Positions 33,623-43,497 of a DNA stretch of 64,000 nt are shown here, piece by piece. Source of the DNA: an uncultured Alphaproteobacteria bacterium. Its GTDB lineage: Bacteria; Pseudomonadota; Alphaproteobacteria; HIMB59; GCA-002718135. The notes under the pieces were generated by a model. The model was not told the DNA's origin, did no database searches, and was given only the letters and a program-made list of their open reading frames with translations. The position numbers and the translations under genes were made by a program. The DNA lies in contig CACLBK010000001.1 in assembly GCA_902605135.1 (NCBI GenBank), positions 38,583 to 102,582 of the forward strand, read 5' to 3'. How positions within the stretch are numbered: position 1 is the first letter of the stretch; the number at the start of each line of letters is the position of its first letter.

Positions 33623-34583
33623 TAAAAGTGATATTATTCAATATGTAGATTTGAATAAAAATCTCATTCCAATAATAGAAGACGCGTTTAATAGTTTATC
33701 AAAGGGATTGGTAATGATGCCACCTATAATGAGAATTGATATTGAAAAATATCATGGTGAATCAGATGTTAAAGCTGCATACGTTGAAGGTCTTGATAGT
33801 TTTGCAATAAAAATTGCTTCAGGTTTTTTTGATAATCCAAAACTTGGTTTACCATCTAGTAATGGACTGATGGTTTTATTAGATTCAAAGACTGGAGTTG
33901 TAAAATCTGTTTTATTAGATGAAGGTTATCTTACAGATACTAGAACAGCTATAGCAGGTGCAATAGCTACAAAATATTTATCAAATCAAAATGCTAATTC
34001 TGTTGGTATTATTGGAGCTGGAATTCAAGCCAAATTACAACTTCAAGCAATAATGTTAGTTAGAAAAATAAATAAAATTATAGTCTGGACAAGAGATGAG
34101 ACAAAAGCGAACCAATTTATAAAAAGTTTCAAAAATTTAGATATAGATTTGTATATAGCTTCTTCTTGCAAAGAATTGGCAAGCTTATCAGAAATAATTG
34201 TTACAACAACTCCTAGTAAAAAACCGCTTTTGGAATTTGATTGGATAAATAAAGGAACTCACATAACAGCAATGGGATCAGATTCAGAACAAAAAAATGA
34301 ATTAGATCCTCATATGTTAAAACATTGCGATCAATATGTGCCTGACAATCAATTACAAACAAGTGTTTTGGGTGAATTACATCATGCTTTAAAACAAAAT
34401 ATAATTTCTTCCAAAGAAAAATTTAATGAACTTGGCGATATAATTAATGATCCAAGCTTAGGAAGAAAAAATAAAGAAGATATAACGATATGTGATTTGA
34501 CAGGAACTGGCGTACAAGATACTGCAATAGCTAGATTTGCTTATAATCTTTGTAAAAAAAATAACTTAGGCATCAATATTTAA
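33609..34583 (+). CDS. Ornithine cyclodeaminase / mu-crystallin family protein (EutC-like)
   Basis: 324 aa with the Rossmann motif GIIGAGIQA. It overlaps the upstream gene by 14 nt. Confidence 0.8.
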   Translation: MLILNKSDIIQYVDLNKNLIPIIEDAFNSLSKGLVMMPPIMRIDIEKYHGESDVKAAYVEGLDSFAIKIASGFFDNPKLGLPSSNGLMVLLDSKTGVVKSVLLDEGYLTDTRTAIAGAIATKYLSNQNANSVGIIGAGIQAKLQLQAIMLVRKINKIIVWTRDETKANQFIKSFKNLDIDLYIASSCKELASLSEIIVTTTPSKKPLLEFDWINKGTHITAMGSDSEQKNELDPHMLKHCDQYVPDNQLQTSVLGELHHALKQNIISSKEKFNELGDIINDPSLGRKNKEDITICDLTGTGVQDTAIARFAYNLCKKNNLGINI

Positions 34584-34586
34584 TTT

Positions 34587-36029
34587 ATGAGTCAAGAAAT
34601 AATAAAAAAAACGTCTGATTATTTCAAATCAAAAGGAGTTGTCTTACCTAGTATAAGTGAACTTCAAGATCCTCAAATTATTAATGATGATATTAAAAAA
34701 TCTCTAAAAAAAATAAATAATAATGATATCAATCCTCTTAACCTATTTAGAGTTCATTGGTTTAATAAAAGAGACCAATCAGGTTTTGGAAATGAGCCTG
34801 AATATATTGTGCTTCCAACAGAATTCACAGGTGTAAAGGCAAAGATAATTGTAAATATGGGACGATATTTTCCCTTAATAACAGCTCATAAAGTTTTGGC
34901 AGCTTATGGTTGTTTGCTTCCAAGAATATTGAATGGCACTTTTGATTATGAAAAACATAAAGCAGTTTGGCCTTCAACAGGAAATTATTGTAGGGGTGGA
35001 GTGGCAATATCTAGGATAATGGGTCTTAATAGTATTGCAATACTTCCTGAAGGAATGAGTAATGAGAGATTTGAATGGTTGAATAATTGGGTTGAAGATA
35101 AAAAAAATATCATAAAGACAAAAGGAACAGAAAGTAATGTTAAAGAAATCTACGATGCTTGTAATGAATTAAAAAAAGATAATCAAAATGATATAATAAA
35201 TCAATTTGATGAGTATTATAATTACGGTATTCATCGTTCTGTAACTGGTCCATCGTTTGAAAAATCATTTCTTAAAGTTAAAGGTAGCAGTAATTTAACT
35301 CCTAGGTTTTACGTGAGTGCTTCAGGATCAAGTGGTACTCTAGCAGCAGGAGATTATCTTAAAGATAAATTACAGACGAAGATTGCAGTTGTTGAAGCTT
35401 TGGAGTGTCCAACATTGCTTCATGGAGGTTATGGTGAACATAATATACAAGGAATTGGTGACAAACATGTTCCCCTTATTCATAATGTAATGAATACAGA
35501 TTTTGTTGTAGATGTTTCTGATCAAGCTACCAATAATCTAAATATGATTTTTAATACTGAAATAGGAAAAAATTTTTTAATTGAGAAAAAAAATTTTGAC
35601 CCTGATTTTGTTTCTCGTCTTCCTGAATTTGGTTTTTCAGCAATAGCAAATATATTGGCATCAATAAAGCTAGCTAAATATATGGATTTAAATAGTGATG
35701 ACGCAATTATAACGGTTGCTACTGATGGTGCTGATTTATATATGTCAGAATTAAACAAGACCATTACTGATTTTAAAAATAATTATGATGAAATAGTTTG
35801 TGCTGAATTATTTGGACAACATTTATCGGGAGTATCTACCGATAATATGCTTGAACTCTCTCACATGGATAAGAAAAGAATATTTAATTTAGGTTACTTT
35901 ACTTGGGTAGAGCAACAAGGTGTTAGTCTTGAAGAATTTGAAAAAAGAAAAGATCAAAAATTTTGGAATTCACATTATGATTATATGCTTTCTCTAGACA
36001 ATCAGATTAAAGAATTTAATAATATGTAG
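34587..36029 (+). CDS. Long fold-type II PLP-dependent enzyme (cysteine synthase/Trp-synthase-beta-like)
   Basis: 480 aa. STGNYCRGGVAISRIMGLNSIAILPEGMS aligns by eye to the SSGNxG...MPE block of the family, and ASGSSGTLAAG to the glycine loop. Confidence 0.6.
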   Translation: MSQEIIKKTSDYFKSKGVVLPSISELQDPQIINDDIKKSLKKINNNDINPLNLFRVHWFNKRDQSGFGNEPEYIVLPTEFTGVKAKIIVNMGRYFPLITAHKVLAAYGCLLPRILNGTFDYEKHKAVWPSTGNYCRGGVAISRIMGLNSIAILPEGMSNERFEWLNNWVEDKKNIIKTKGTESNVKEIYDACNELKKDNQNDIINQFDEYYNYGIHRSVTGPSFEKSFLKVKGSSNLTPRFYVSASGSSGTLAAGDYLKDKLQTKIAVVEALECPTLLHGGYGEHNIQGIGDKHVPLIHNVMNTDFVVDVSDQATNNLNMIFNTEIGKNFLIEKKNFDPDFVSRLPEFGFSAIANILASIKLAKYMDLNSDDAIITVATDGADLYMSELNKTITDFKNNYDEIVCAELFGQHLSGVSTDNMLELSHMDKKRIFNLGYFTWVEQQGVSLEEFEKRKDQKFWNSHYDYMLSLDNQIKEFNNM

Positions 36030-36032
36030 GTT

Positions 36033-37187
36033 ATGAAAACTCAGTCATTACATAACCAATTAGTAGAATGGCGTCATGATCTTCATATGCACCCTCAAAT
36101 AAGTTTTGAAGAAGAATATGCTGCAGCAAAAGTGTCAACACTTCTAAAAGAGTTTGGAATAGAAGTTCATACTGGTATTGCCAGAACTGGAGTAGTTGGA
36201 ATTTTAAAAAAAGGAAATAGTTCAAAATCAATAGGTATAAGAGCTGACATAGATGCTCTTCCTATACATGAAACTAATAATTTTAGTTATAAGTCAAAGT
36301 TTGATAACAGAATGCATGCATGTGGACATGATGGTCACACTACAATGTTATTAGGTGCAGCAAAATATCTATCAGAAAAAGGTAACTTTAATGGAACAGT
36401 ATATTTTATTTTTCAACCTGATGAAGAGAATACTTTTGGCGCAAGAACAATGATAGATGAAGGTTTGTTTGATAAATTTAATATTGATGAAGTTTACGCT
36501 ATGCACAACATTCCTAATATGGAAATTGGAACGTTTGGTACAAGAAAAGGAGCTATTACAGCAAGTGAAAATTTATTTGAAATTGAAATAAAAGCCAAAG
36601 GTGGGCATGCTGCATTACCTCATATGGGCGTTGATGCAATAACTGTTGGTTCCCAAATAGCTGTAGCACTCCAATCAATAGTATCTAGAAAATTAAACCC
36701 AGCAGATAATGGTATAGTTTCTATTACTGAATTTATAACTGATGGTAAAAAAAATGTTTTGCCAGGTATGGTAAAAATGACTGGTGACGCAAGAGCTTTA
36801 TCAAAAGAAACGAATGAAAAAATTGCTTCAAAAATGTTACAAATTGTTGAAGGCATTTGTAATGCACATGGAGTTAATGGCAGTGTAAAATATGAAACAA
36901 CCTGTCCTGTAACTTTTAATTCAAACAACCAAACTGAGTCTGCCACAAAAGCTGCAGTTTCATTACTTGGAAGCAATAAATGTAATGGTGATATTGAACC
37001 GCGTTTATTCTCAGAAGATTTTTCTGTTATGGCAAACGAAAAACCTGGCTGCTTTGTTTTAATGGGTAACGGTAAATCAGATCAACATTCCAGACCATTA
37101 CATGCTGATAATTATGATTTTAATGACGAATTATTAGTCATAGGTTCTTCATATTGGACAGAATTAGTAGAACAACAATTAAAATAA
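36033..37187 (+). CDS. M20-family amidohydrolase (N-acyl-amino acid / hippurate hydrolase-like)
   Basis: 384 aa with the metal motifs MHACGHDGHT and FQPDEE. Confidence 0.85.
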   Translation: MKTQSLHNQLVEWRHDLHMHPQISFEEEYAAAKVSTLLKEFGIEVHTGIARTGVVGILKKGNSSKSIGIRADIDALPIHETNNFSYKSKFDNRMHACGHDGHTTMLLGAAKYLSEKGNFNGTVYFIFQPDEENTFGARTMIDEGLFDKFNIDEVYAMHNIPNMEIGTFGTRKGAITASENLFEIEIKAKGGHAALPHMGVDAITVGSQIAVALQSIVSRKLNPADNGIVSITEFITDGKKNVLPGMVKMTGDARALSKETNEKIASKMLQIVEGICNAHGVNGSVKYETTCPVTFNSNNQTESATKAAVSLLGSNKCNGDIEPRLFSEDFSVMANEKPGCFVLMGNGKSDQHSRPLHADNYDFNDELLVIGSSYWTELVEQQLK

Positions 37188-38342
37188 ATGTTTTCTGAAA
37201 ACTTAAATAAACTAAAGAAAAAAATGTCTGAGAATAATATTGATCTCTCAATTATAACAGATGATGATTCTATATATTATTTTACAGGATATCACGACTT
37301 CCTTCATATGGATTTTAATCGACCAACATTATTAGTTGTTTCAAATGATCATAAAACTTACTTAATTACACCTCTACTTGATGTTTTATTAGTTCCCGAA
37401 ACTTGTCCTGTTGACAAAGTCGAAACATGGAATGATGGTATTGGAAATGAATGGAGAGAATTATTACCACAAATTATAAATCAGCATAAAAATATTTTTA
37501 TTGAAAAATTTAAAATAAATTCAATGGTTAAAAGTTATTTAGATGAAATACTTCAACATGATCCTGGCGATTTAACAAAATTAATAAATAATATAAGAAT
37601 GATTAAATCCAATCATGAATTGAATATTGCTCGCCATGCTGGAGAGGTAGGTATGGCTATGATGGAAGCAGCTAAAAAAACAATTGGTAATAATGTTCCT
37701 GAATATGAGGTTGCACTTGCTCAATCACAAGCTGGAACAAGAAAAGCTGCAGAGCTTTTAAAAAAATTTTATCCTGATAATATCAATATGTCTCCAAATA
37801 TTCACTTTTTACCTGTTATGACATCAGGTCATGATTTACCTAAAACTCACCATCGTGCTTCAACCAAAATTATAAAAAAAGGTGATCCCGTATTCGTATG
37901 TTATTGTGGTTCAACAAATTTCCACAGGTTTAAATTAGGATTTGACAGAATATTTTGGGTTGAAGAAATTCAATCTAAAGAACAGATAAAAGCTTTTGAA
38001 ACTGCAGTTAAATCTCAAAAAGCCGCTCTTGATATTCTTGGCCCTGGAGTAACAGCTGAAGAAGTTCATGCTGCTTATGCTGATGCTATACAGTCTGAAG
38101 GATATCCCTATCCTACATTTCGATGTGGAAGAGGAACTGGTTTTAGTTTTTTAGAAGAACCACAATTAGTAGTTGGAAATAAAACTGTTTTAAAGCCTGG
38201 CATGGTATTTGCAGTAGACGGAGGAGCTAGTGCAAATAAATTTAGATCACAGGTTGGTGATAGTTTTATAATTACAGAGGATGGATATGAGCAAATTACA
38301 CATCATTCTAAAAAATTTGAAGATTTGATTCTTTCAAATTAA
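37188..38342 (+). CDS. M24 'pita-bread' fold hydrolase (Xaa-Pro peptidase/creatinase-like), degenerate metal site
   Basis: 384 aa with a creatinase-like N-domain and an M24 C-domain. It starts 1 nt after the M20 gene stop. Confidence 0.72.
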   Translation: MFSENLNKLKKKMSENNIDLSIITDDDSIYYFTGYHDFLHMDFNRPTLLVVSNDHKTYLITPLLDVLLVPETCPVDKVETWNDGIGNEWRELLPQIINQHKNIFIEKFKINSMVKSYLDEILQHDPGDLTKLINNIRMIKSNHELNIARHAGEVGMAMMEAAKKTIGNNVPEYEVALAQSQAGTRKAAELLKKFYPDNINMSPNIHFLPVMTSGHDLPKTHHRASTKIIKKGDPVFVCYCGSTNFHRFKLGFDRIFWVEEIQSKEQIKAFETAVKSQKAALDILGPGVTAEEVHAAYADAIQSEGYPYPTFRCGRGTGFSFLEEPQLVVGNKTVLKPGMVFAVDGGASANKFRSQVGDSFIITEDGYEQITHHSKKFEDLILSN

Positions 38343-38366
38343 TTGTGACTAAATAACTCTTGTTTC

Positions 38367-38399
38367 AATAGTTAAAATATTTTACTCTAATTAACTATT
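38367..38399. repeat. Perfect 9-bp inverted repeat AATAGTTAA-N15-TTAACTATT upstream of soxB (candidate operator or hairpin)
   Basis: Read directly in the 75-bp spacer between the M24 gene and soxB. It is AT-rich, so a chance occurrence is possible. Confidence 0.3.
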
Positions 38400-38417
38400 C
38401 AATAATTAAATAAATAA

Positions 38418-39683
38418 ATGACAAAATTTAATGCATGGAACGTAATTAAAAATGGATTAAATGGTCAATCATATTGGACTAGGCAATGGCGTGATCCGGA
38501 ACCAAAAAAAAATTATGATGTTATAATAATTGGTGGAGGCTTACACGGACTTGCCACTGCATATTATCTTGCGAAAAATCATAATATTAAAAATGTAGCA
38601 GTTGTGGAAAAAGGTTGGATCGGGGGAGGAAACGCTGGACGTAACACGACTATTGTAAGATCAAATTATATGATGCCAGGGAATCATGAATTTTATGAGC
38701 ACTCTTTAAAATTATGGGAAAATTTAAGTCATGATTTAAATTACAATGTAATGTTTAGTCAACGAGCTCACGTTTCATTGTTTCACAGTCCTGGTGCTAA
38801 AGATTCTGTTTCAAGAACATATAATATTATGAGGCTTCATGGAACAGATGCTGAGCTTTGGGATTTAACAAAACTTAAGAAAAAAATACCTCATCTAAAT
38901 TATAATAATTCCAGATTTCCTATTTTAGGAGCGGCTGTCCAAAAAAGAGCAGGCAATGCAAGACATGATGCAGTTGCATGGGGATATGCAAGAGCTGCTG
39001 ATACACTCGGTGTAGATATTCTACAAAATTGTGAAGTAACAGGTTTCACAAGAACAAATGGAATGATTGAAAGTGTTCAAACTTCAAGAGGAATTATAAA
39101 AGGAAAGAAAATAGGATTTGCTGTTGCTGGCAATACTTCAGTATTATGGCAAATGGCAGAATTAGGCAACCTACCAATTGAGTCTCATAAATTACAAGCA
39201 TTTGTATCTGAAGCAGTAAAACCACTTCTAGATCAGGTTGTTGTTTACGGTGTGGGGGGTGCACATTTCTATATATCTCAGTCTGATAAAGGAAGTATGG
39301 TGTTTGGTGGGGATCTTGATTGGTATAAATCATATGCGCAAAGAGGAAATCTGCCTATGGTTCAAGATGTTGCTGAAGCAGCTATGGCAATATTTCCTTC
39401 ACTTGGTAGAATTAGATTACTCCGTCATTGGGCAGGAGTCATGGATATGACAATGGATGGATCATTTTTTATTTGTAAAACGCCAATATCTAATCTCTAT
39501 TTAAATGCTGGTTGGAACTATGGAGGTTTTAAGGCTAGTCCCGCATCAGGCTGGTATTTTGCTGACTTAATTGCAAATGAGAGCCCACACATTTACGTAC
39601 AGAATCATAATTTAGAGAGATTTGAAAAAGGTATCAACATAGATGAACGTGGTGCTGGACCTGATCCTAAATTGCACGGTTAA
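38418..39683 (+). CDS. soxB: Heterotetrameric sarcosine oxidase, beta subunit
   Basis: 421 aa with the FAD motif VIIIGGGLHGLATAYYLA, followed by soxD, soxA and soxG in canonical order. Confidence 0.9.
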   Translation: MTKFNAWNVIKNGLNGQSYWTRQWRDPEPKKNYDVIIIGGGLHGLATAYYLAKNHNIKNVAVVEKGWIGGGNAGRNTTIVRSNYMMPGNHEFYEHSLKLWENLSHDLNYNVMFSQRAHVSLFHSPGAKDSVSRTYNIMRLHGTDAELWDLTKLKKKIPHLNYNNSRFPILGAAVQKRAGNARHDAVAWGYARAADTLGVDILQNCEVTGFTRTNGMIESVQTSRGIIKGKKIGFAVAGNTSVLWQMAELGNLPIESHKLQAFVSEAVKPLLDQVVVYGVGGAHFYISQSDKGSMVFGGDLDWYKSYAQRGNLPMVQDVAEAAMAIFPSLGRIRLLRHWAGVMDMTMDGSFFICKTPISNLYLNAGWNYGGFKASPASGWYFADLIANESPHIYVQNHNLERFEKGINIDERGAGPDPKLHG

Positions 39684-39968
39684 ATGATTAGAATCAATTG
39701 TCCTTATTGTGGTGAAAGAGATCATAGTGAATTTAGTTACGGAGGAGATGCTACAATAAAATATCCTTCTTTAGACTCTTCTGAAAAAGAATGGACTAAA
39801 GCAATATTTTTTAGAAAAAATATCAAAGGTTTTCAATTAGAAACATGGCATCATACTAATGGATGTAGAATGTGGTTAGAGATTGAACGCTCAACAGTAA
39901 CTCATGAAATTAGAAGTGTGAAACCCTGTCATCCAGATTTAAAGAAAGTTGTAGAAAATAATAAATGA
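39684..39968 (+). CDS. soxD: Sarcosine oxidase delta subunit
   Basis: 94 aa with the zinc-ribbon-like CPYCGERDHSEF. Confidence 0.88.
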   Translation: MIRINCPYCGERDHSEFSYGGDATIKYPSLDSSEKEWTKAIFFRKNIKGFQLETWHHTNGCRMWLEIERSTVTHEIRSVKPCHPDLKKVVENNK

Positions 39969-42922
39969 AACCAAGTAGATTAAAAAATTATGGAAAAATT
40001 AATAGAAATAATGTTTTATCTTTTACTTGGGATAATAAAAAATATAAAGGTTTCGAAGGTGATACACTAGCATCAGCATTGCTAGCTAATAATATTGGAG
40101 TTGTTGGAAGAAGTTTTAAATATCACAGACCAAGAGGAATATTTTCAAGTGGGGTTGAGGAATCTGGAGCTTTAGTAACTGTAGGATTAAAAGATAGAAG
40201 AGATCCTAATGTAAGGGCAACTACTCAAGAATTATATGATGGTTTAAAAGCAAGTGGTCAGAATGCCTTCCCCAATGTAAATTTTGATCTTGCTGGAATT
40301 AATAATTATTTAGGTAGGTTTTTTGCATCTGGTTTTTATTATAAAACTTTTATGGGAATACCACCTTTTGAATGGGGAAAGGGTACAGCTATATGGATGT
40401 TTTTTGAAAAGTTTATAAGGAAAGCAGCTGGAATGGGAAGTGCTTCTACATTACCTGATCCAGATTCTTACGAACACGCACACGATTTTTGTGATGTAAT
40501 TATTGTAGGTTCAGGACCATCAGGTATTGCAGCCGCAATTGAGGCAGCAGAGAAAAAATTAGATGTTATTTTAGTAGAGCAAGACAGTATTATTGGAGGA
40601 GATCAACTTTCAGAATATGAATTTGATAGCTCACATATTGAAAATCAAATTAAAAACCTTGGTATAAAAGTAATGACTAGGACAACAGCATTTGGATTAT
40701 ACGATAATTGTGTTGTTGGTTTATTGGAAAGAGTAACAGACCATTTATCGTTACCAGATAAAACACTACCACGTCAAAGATTTTGGACTATTAGAGCTAA
40801 ACATATAATTGTTGGTGCGGGAGCAATAGAAAGACATATTGCATTTAATAATAATGATATTCCTGGCGTAATGACAGTGAATGCTTCAAAGCATTATTTA
40901 AATAGATATGGAGTACTAACAGGTAAAAAAATTGTAATTTCTACAAATAATGATTCTGTTTATGAAACTGCAGAACTATTATCTGAAGCTGGAGCAAATG
41001 TTACTGTTCTTGACTCACGAACCAATTTTGAAATTGAAACCAACACAACTTTTGAAATTAGAAGAGGGTATGTGCCTTATAATATTAATGGTTCAAAAAA
41101 AATTGATAGTTTAGACATATCAAAAAGTGAAAATATTAATAAATCTGAAACAATAAATTGTGATCAAGTTTTATTATCAGGTGGTTGGTCTCCTGCAGTA
41201 CATTTGTTATCGCATAGAGGTGTAAAGCCTAAATGGGATTATGAAAATGCATGTTTTTTACCGAGTGATACCAAAGAGAATATTACAATGATAGGTTCTT
41301 CGAGAGGATTATGGAATAAAAATGATTGTATTGCTTCTGGAGTTGCGGGTGCTACTGATGCATTGAATCGTTTAGGTATTTCGAAAACAAATTATTTTTT
41401 TCCAAAACCTGGTGGATGGAAAAATCCAATAAAACCACTTTACGAAGTAAAATATAAAAAATCTAGATCAAAAAGTTTTGTAGATTATCAACACGATGTA
41501 ACTTCAGATGATGTACGACTGGCACACCGTGAAGGTTTCATATCAGTAGAACATCTTAAAAGATATACAACTTTGGGTATGGCTAATGATCAGGGAAAGA
41601 TGGGAAACATTATTGGATTATCCTTAATGGCTGATCTTTTAAATAAAGAAATTCCAGAAGTTGGAACGACTGTATTCAGACCTCCTTATACTCCAGTTTC
41701 TATTGGAGCTTTAAGTGGAAGAAATGTTGGAAAACATTTTAGACCATTAAGAGTTACACCAATGCATCAATGGAATATTGATCATGGTGCTAAGATGATT
41801 GAAGTAGGTTTGTATCAAAGACCTTGGTATTATCCTAAAGAAAATGAAACATTAAGCGACTCTTATATTAGAGAAGCAACAACAGTAAGGAAAACAGTTG
41901 GAATTTGTGATGTTACTTCACTAGGTAAAATTGCTATTCAAGGACAAGACTCTACCGAATTTTTAAATAGAATCTATTCAAATGGTTTTTCAAAACTCCA
42001 AGTTGGAAAAGCTAGATACGGTATCATGTTACGTGATGACGGTATTGTAATGGATGATGGCACATCTTGGAGATTAGCAGAAAATGAATATTTTATGACA
42101 ACTTCTACAGGTGAAGCTGCAAAAGTAATGTCATGGTTAGAAGAATTACTACAAACTAGATGGACAAATCTTAGTGTTAATGTGACTAGTGTTTCAGAAC
42201 AATGGGCAGGCGTATCAGTTGCAGGACCTAAATCTAGAGAAGTTCTTAATAATTGTGTCGTTGATTCTTCAGTTGTAACTAATAATAACTTACCTTTTAT
42301 GGGTGTTACCTCAACTTTTCTTAAAGGTAAAATTCCTTGTAGAATTGCAAGAATTAGTTTCTCAGGTGAATTAGCTTTTGAAGTTTATGTTAAATCAGAT
42401 TTTGCCAATACAATGATGGACCTACTTTGGGAAAATGCAAAAAAATATGATGGGTGTTTATATGGATTAGAGGCTTTGGGGGCACTTAGAGTAGAAAAAG
42501 GTCATGTGACAGCTGCAGAGCTTGATGGAAGGGTAACAATTGATGATGCAGGTTTAAGCAAAATGGCTTCTACAAAAAAATCATATATTGGAAGTGCAAT
42601 GAGAAAACGAGGAGTATTAAAAAATAATGATCGAGAAGTTTTAGTAGGTTTCTTTCCTGCAAACTTAAAGGAAACTTTTAATGCCGGAACTATTGTGTGC
42701 GAAAAAAATAATATTAAAGGACAAGGTATTGGAAGAATTACTTCAGTCACTTATTCTCCGGAACTTAGACATTGGATTGGAATAGGTTTTGTAAAAGGCG
42801 GTTTATATAGATGGAAAGATACTACTTTAGTTGGTGCTGATCCTGTAAGAAATAAACAAATGAATTTAAAAATTGTTTCACCACATATGGTAGATCCAAA
42901 AGGGGAAAAAATGCATGCTTAG
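39965..42922 (+). CDS. soxA: Sarcosine oxidase alpha subunit
   Basis: 985 aa with the dinucleotide motif VIIVGSGPSGIAAA and a C-terminal GcvT-like folate-binding domain. It overlaps soxD at ATGA. Confidence 0.9.
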   Translation: MKPSRLKNYGKINRNNVLSFTWDNKKYKGFEGDTLASALLANNIGVVGRSFKYHRPRGIFSSGVEESGALVTVGLKDRRDPNVRATTQELYDGLKASGQNAFPNVNFDLAGINNYLGRFFASGFYYKTFMGIPPFEWGKGTAIWMFFEKFIRKAAGMGSASTLPDPDSYEHAHDFCDVIIVGSGPSGIAAAIEAAEKKLDVILVEQDSIIGGDQLSEYEFDSSHIENQIKNLGIKVMTRTTAFGLYDNCVVGLLERVTDHLSLPDKTLPRQRFWTIRAKHIIVGAGAIERHIAFNNNDIPGVMTVNASKHYLNRYGVLTGKKIVISTNNDSVYETAELLSEAGANVTVLDSRTNFEIETNTTFEIRRGYVPYNINGSKKIDSLDISKSENINKSETINCDQVLLSGGWSPAVHLLSHRGVKPKWDYENACFLPSDTKENITMIGSSRGLWNKNDCIASGVAGATDALNRLGISKTNYFFPKPGGWKNPIKPLYEVKYKKSRSKSFVDYQHDVTSDDVRLAHREGFISVEHLKRYTTLGMANDQGKMGNIIGLSLMADLLNKEIPEVGTTVFRPPYTPVSIGALSGRNVGKHFRPLRVTPMHQWNIDHGAKMIEVGLYQRPWYYPKENETLSDSYIREATTVRKTVGICDVTSLGKIAIQGQDSTEFLNRIYSNGFSKLQVGKARYGIMLRDDGIVMDDGTSWRLAENEYFMTTSTGEAAKVMSWLEELLQTRWTNLSVNVTSVSEQWAGVSVAGPKSREVLNNCVVDSSVVTNNNLPFMGVTSTFLKGKIPCRIARISFSGELAFEVYVKSDFANTMMDLLWENAKKYDGCLYGLEALGALRVEKGHVTAAELDGRVTIDDAGLSKMASTKKSYIGSAMRKRGVLKNNDREVLVGFFPANLKETFNAGTIVCEKNNIKGQGIGRITSVTYSPELRHWIGIGFVKGGLYRWKDTTLVGADPVRNKQMNLKIVSPHMVDPKGEKMHA

Positions 42923-43478
42923 ACATTCAGCGTTAGATACAATTTATAAAGTTGGAAAATATTCATCAAGTAAAAAAAAATCATTAACATTTAAAGAATT
43001 AAAAAGTTTAGAATTTTTACAAATTACTTGTTGGCCTGACAAAATTGATGAAATAAATAATTTATTAATAAAAAAATTAAAAATTAAAAATATTCCAGGT
43101 TTCAATAAAGGGATTTTGTTTGAAAATAAATCATTATGGAGAATGGAGCCCTTGAAATGGTGGTTATTTAATAAAGAAATTGAAGTAAGTGAGCAAATAG
43201 CAACAATTTTAGATATGTCTCATGCTTTCACAGGTATTGAAATCAAAGGAGATAATTCATCATTATTTTTAAATAGACATCTTCCGATTGATTTAAGAGC
43301 TGGAAATTTTCCAGATTTATCATCCGCTAGCACAGCTATGCATCATGTAAGTGTTAAGCTATTTAAAATATCCTCAAATAACTACTGTTTATTTATACCA
43401 AGAGGTTTTGCTTTATCAATTTGGGAGATGCTTCTTGAAACAGCAGATCAGTTTGGATATGAAGTATTAGAGAGATAG
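42915..43478 (+). CDS. soxG: Sarcosine oxidase gamma subunit
   Basis: 187 aa. Its position after soxA and its size support the call; it overlaps soxA by 8 nt. Confidence 0.78.
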   Translation: MLRHSALDTIYKVGKYSSSKKKSLTFKELKSLEFLQITCWPDKIDEINNLLIKKLKIKNIPGFNKGILFENKSLWRMEPLKWWLFNKEIEVSEQIATILDMSHAFTGIEIKGDNSSLFLNRHLPIDLRAGNFPDLSSASTAMHHVSVKLFKISSNNYCLFIPRGFALSIWEMLLETADQFGYEVLER

Positions 43479-43497
43479 AAAGATTATCTAAAAAATT

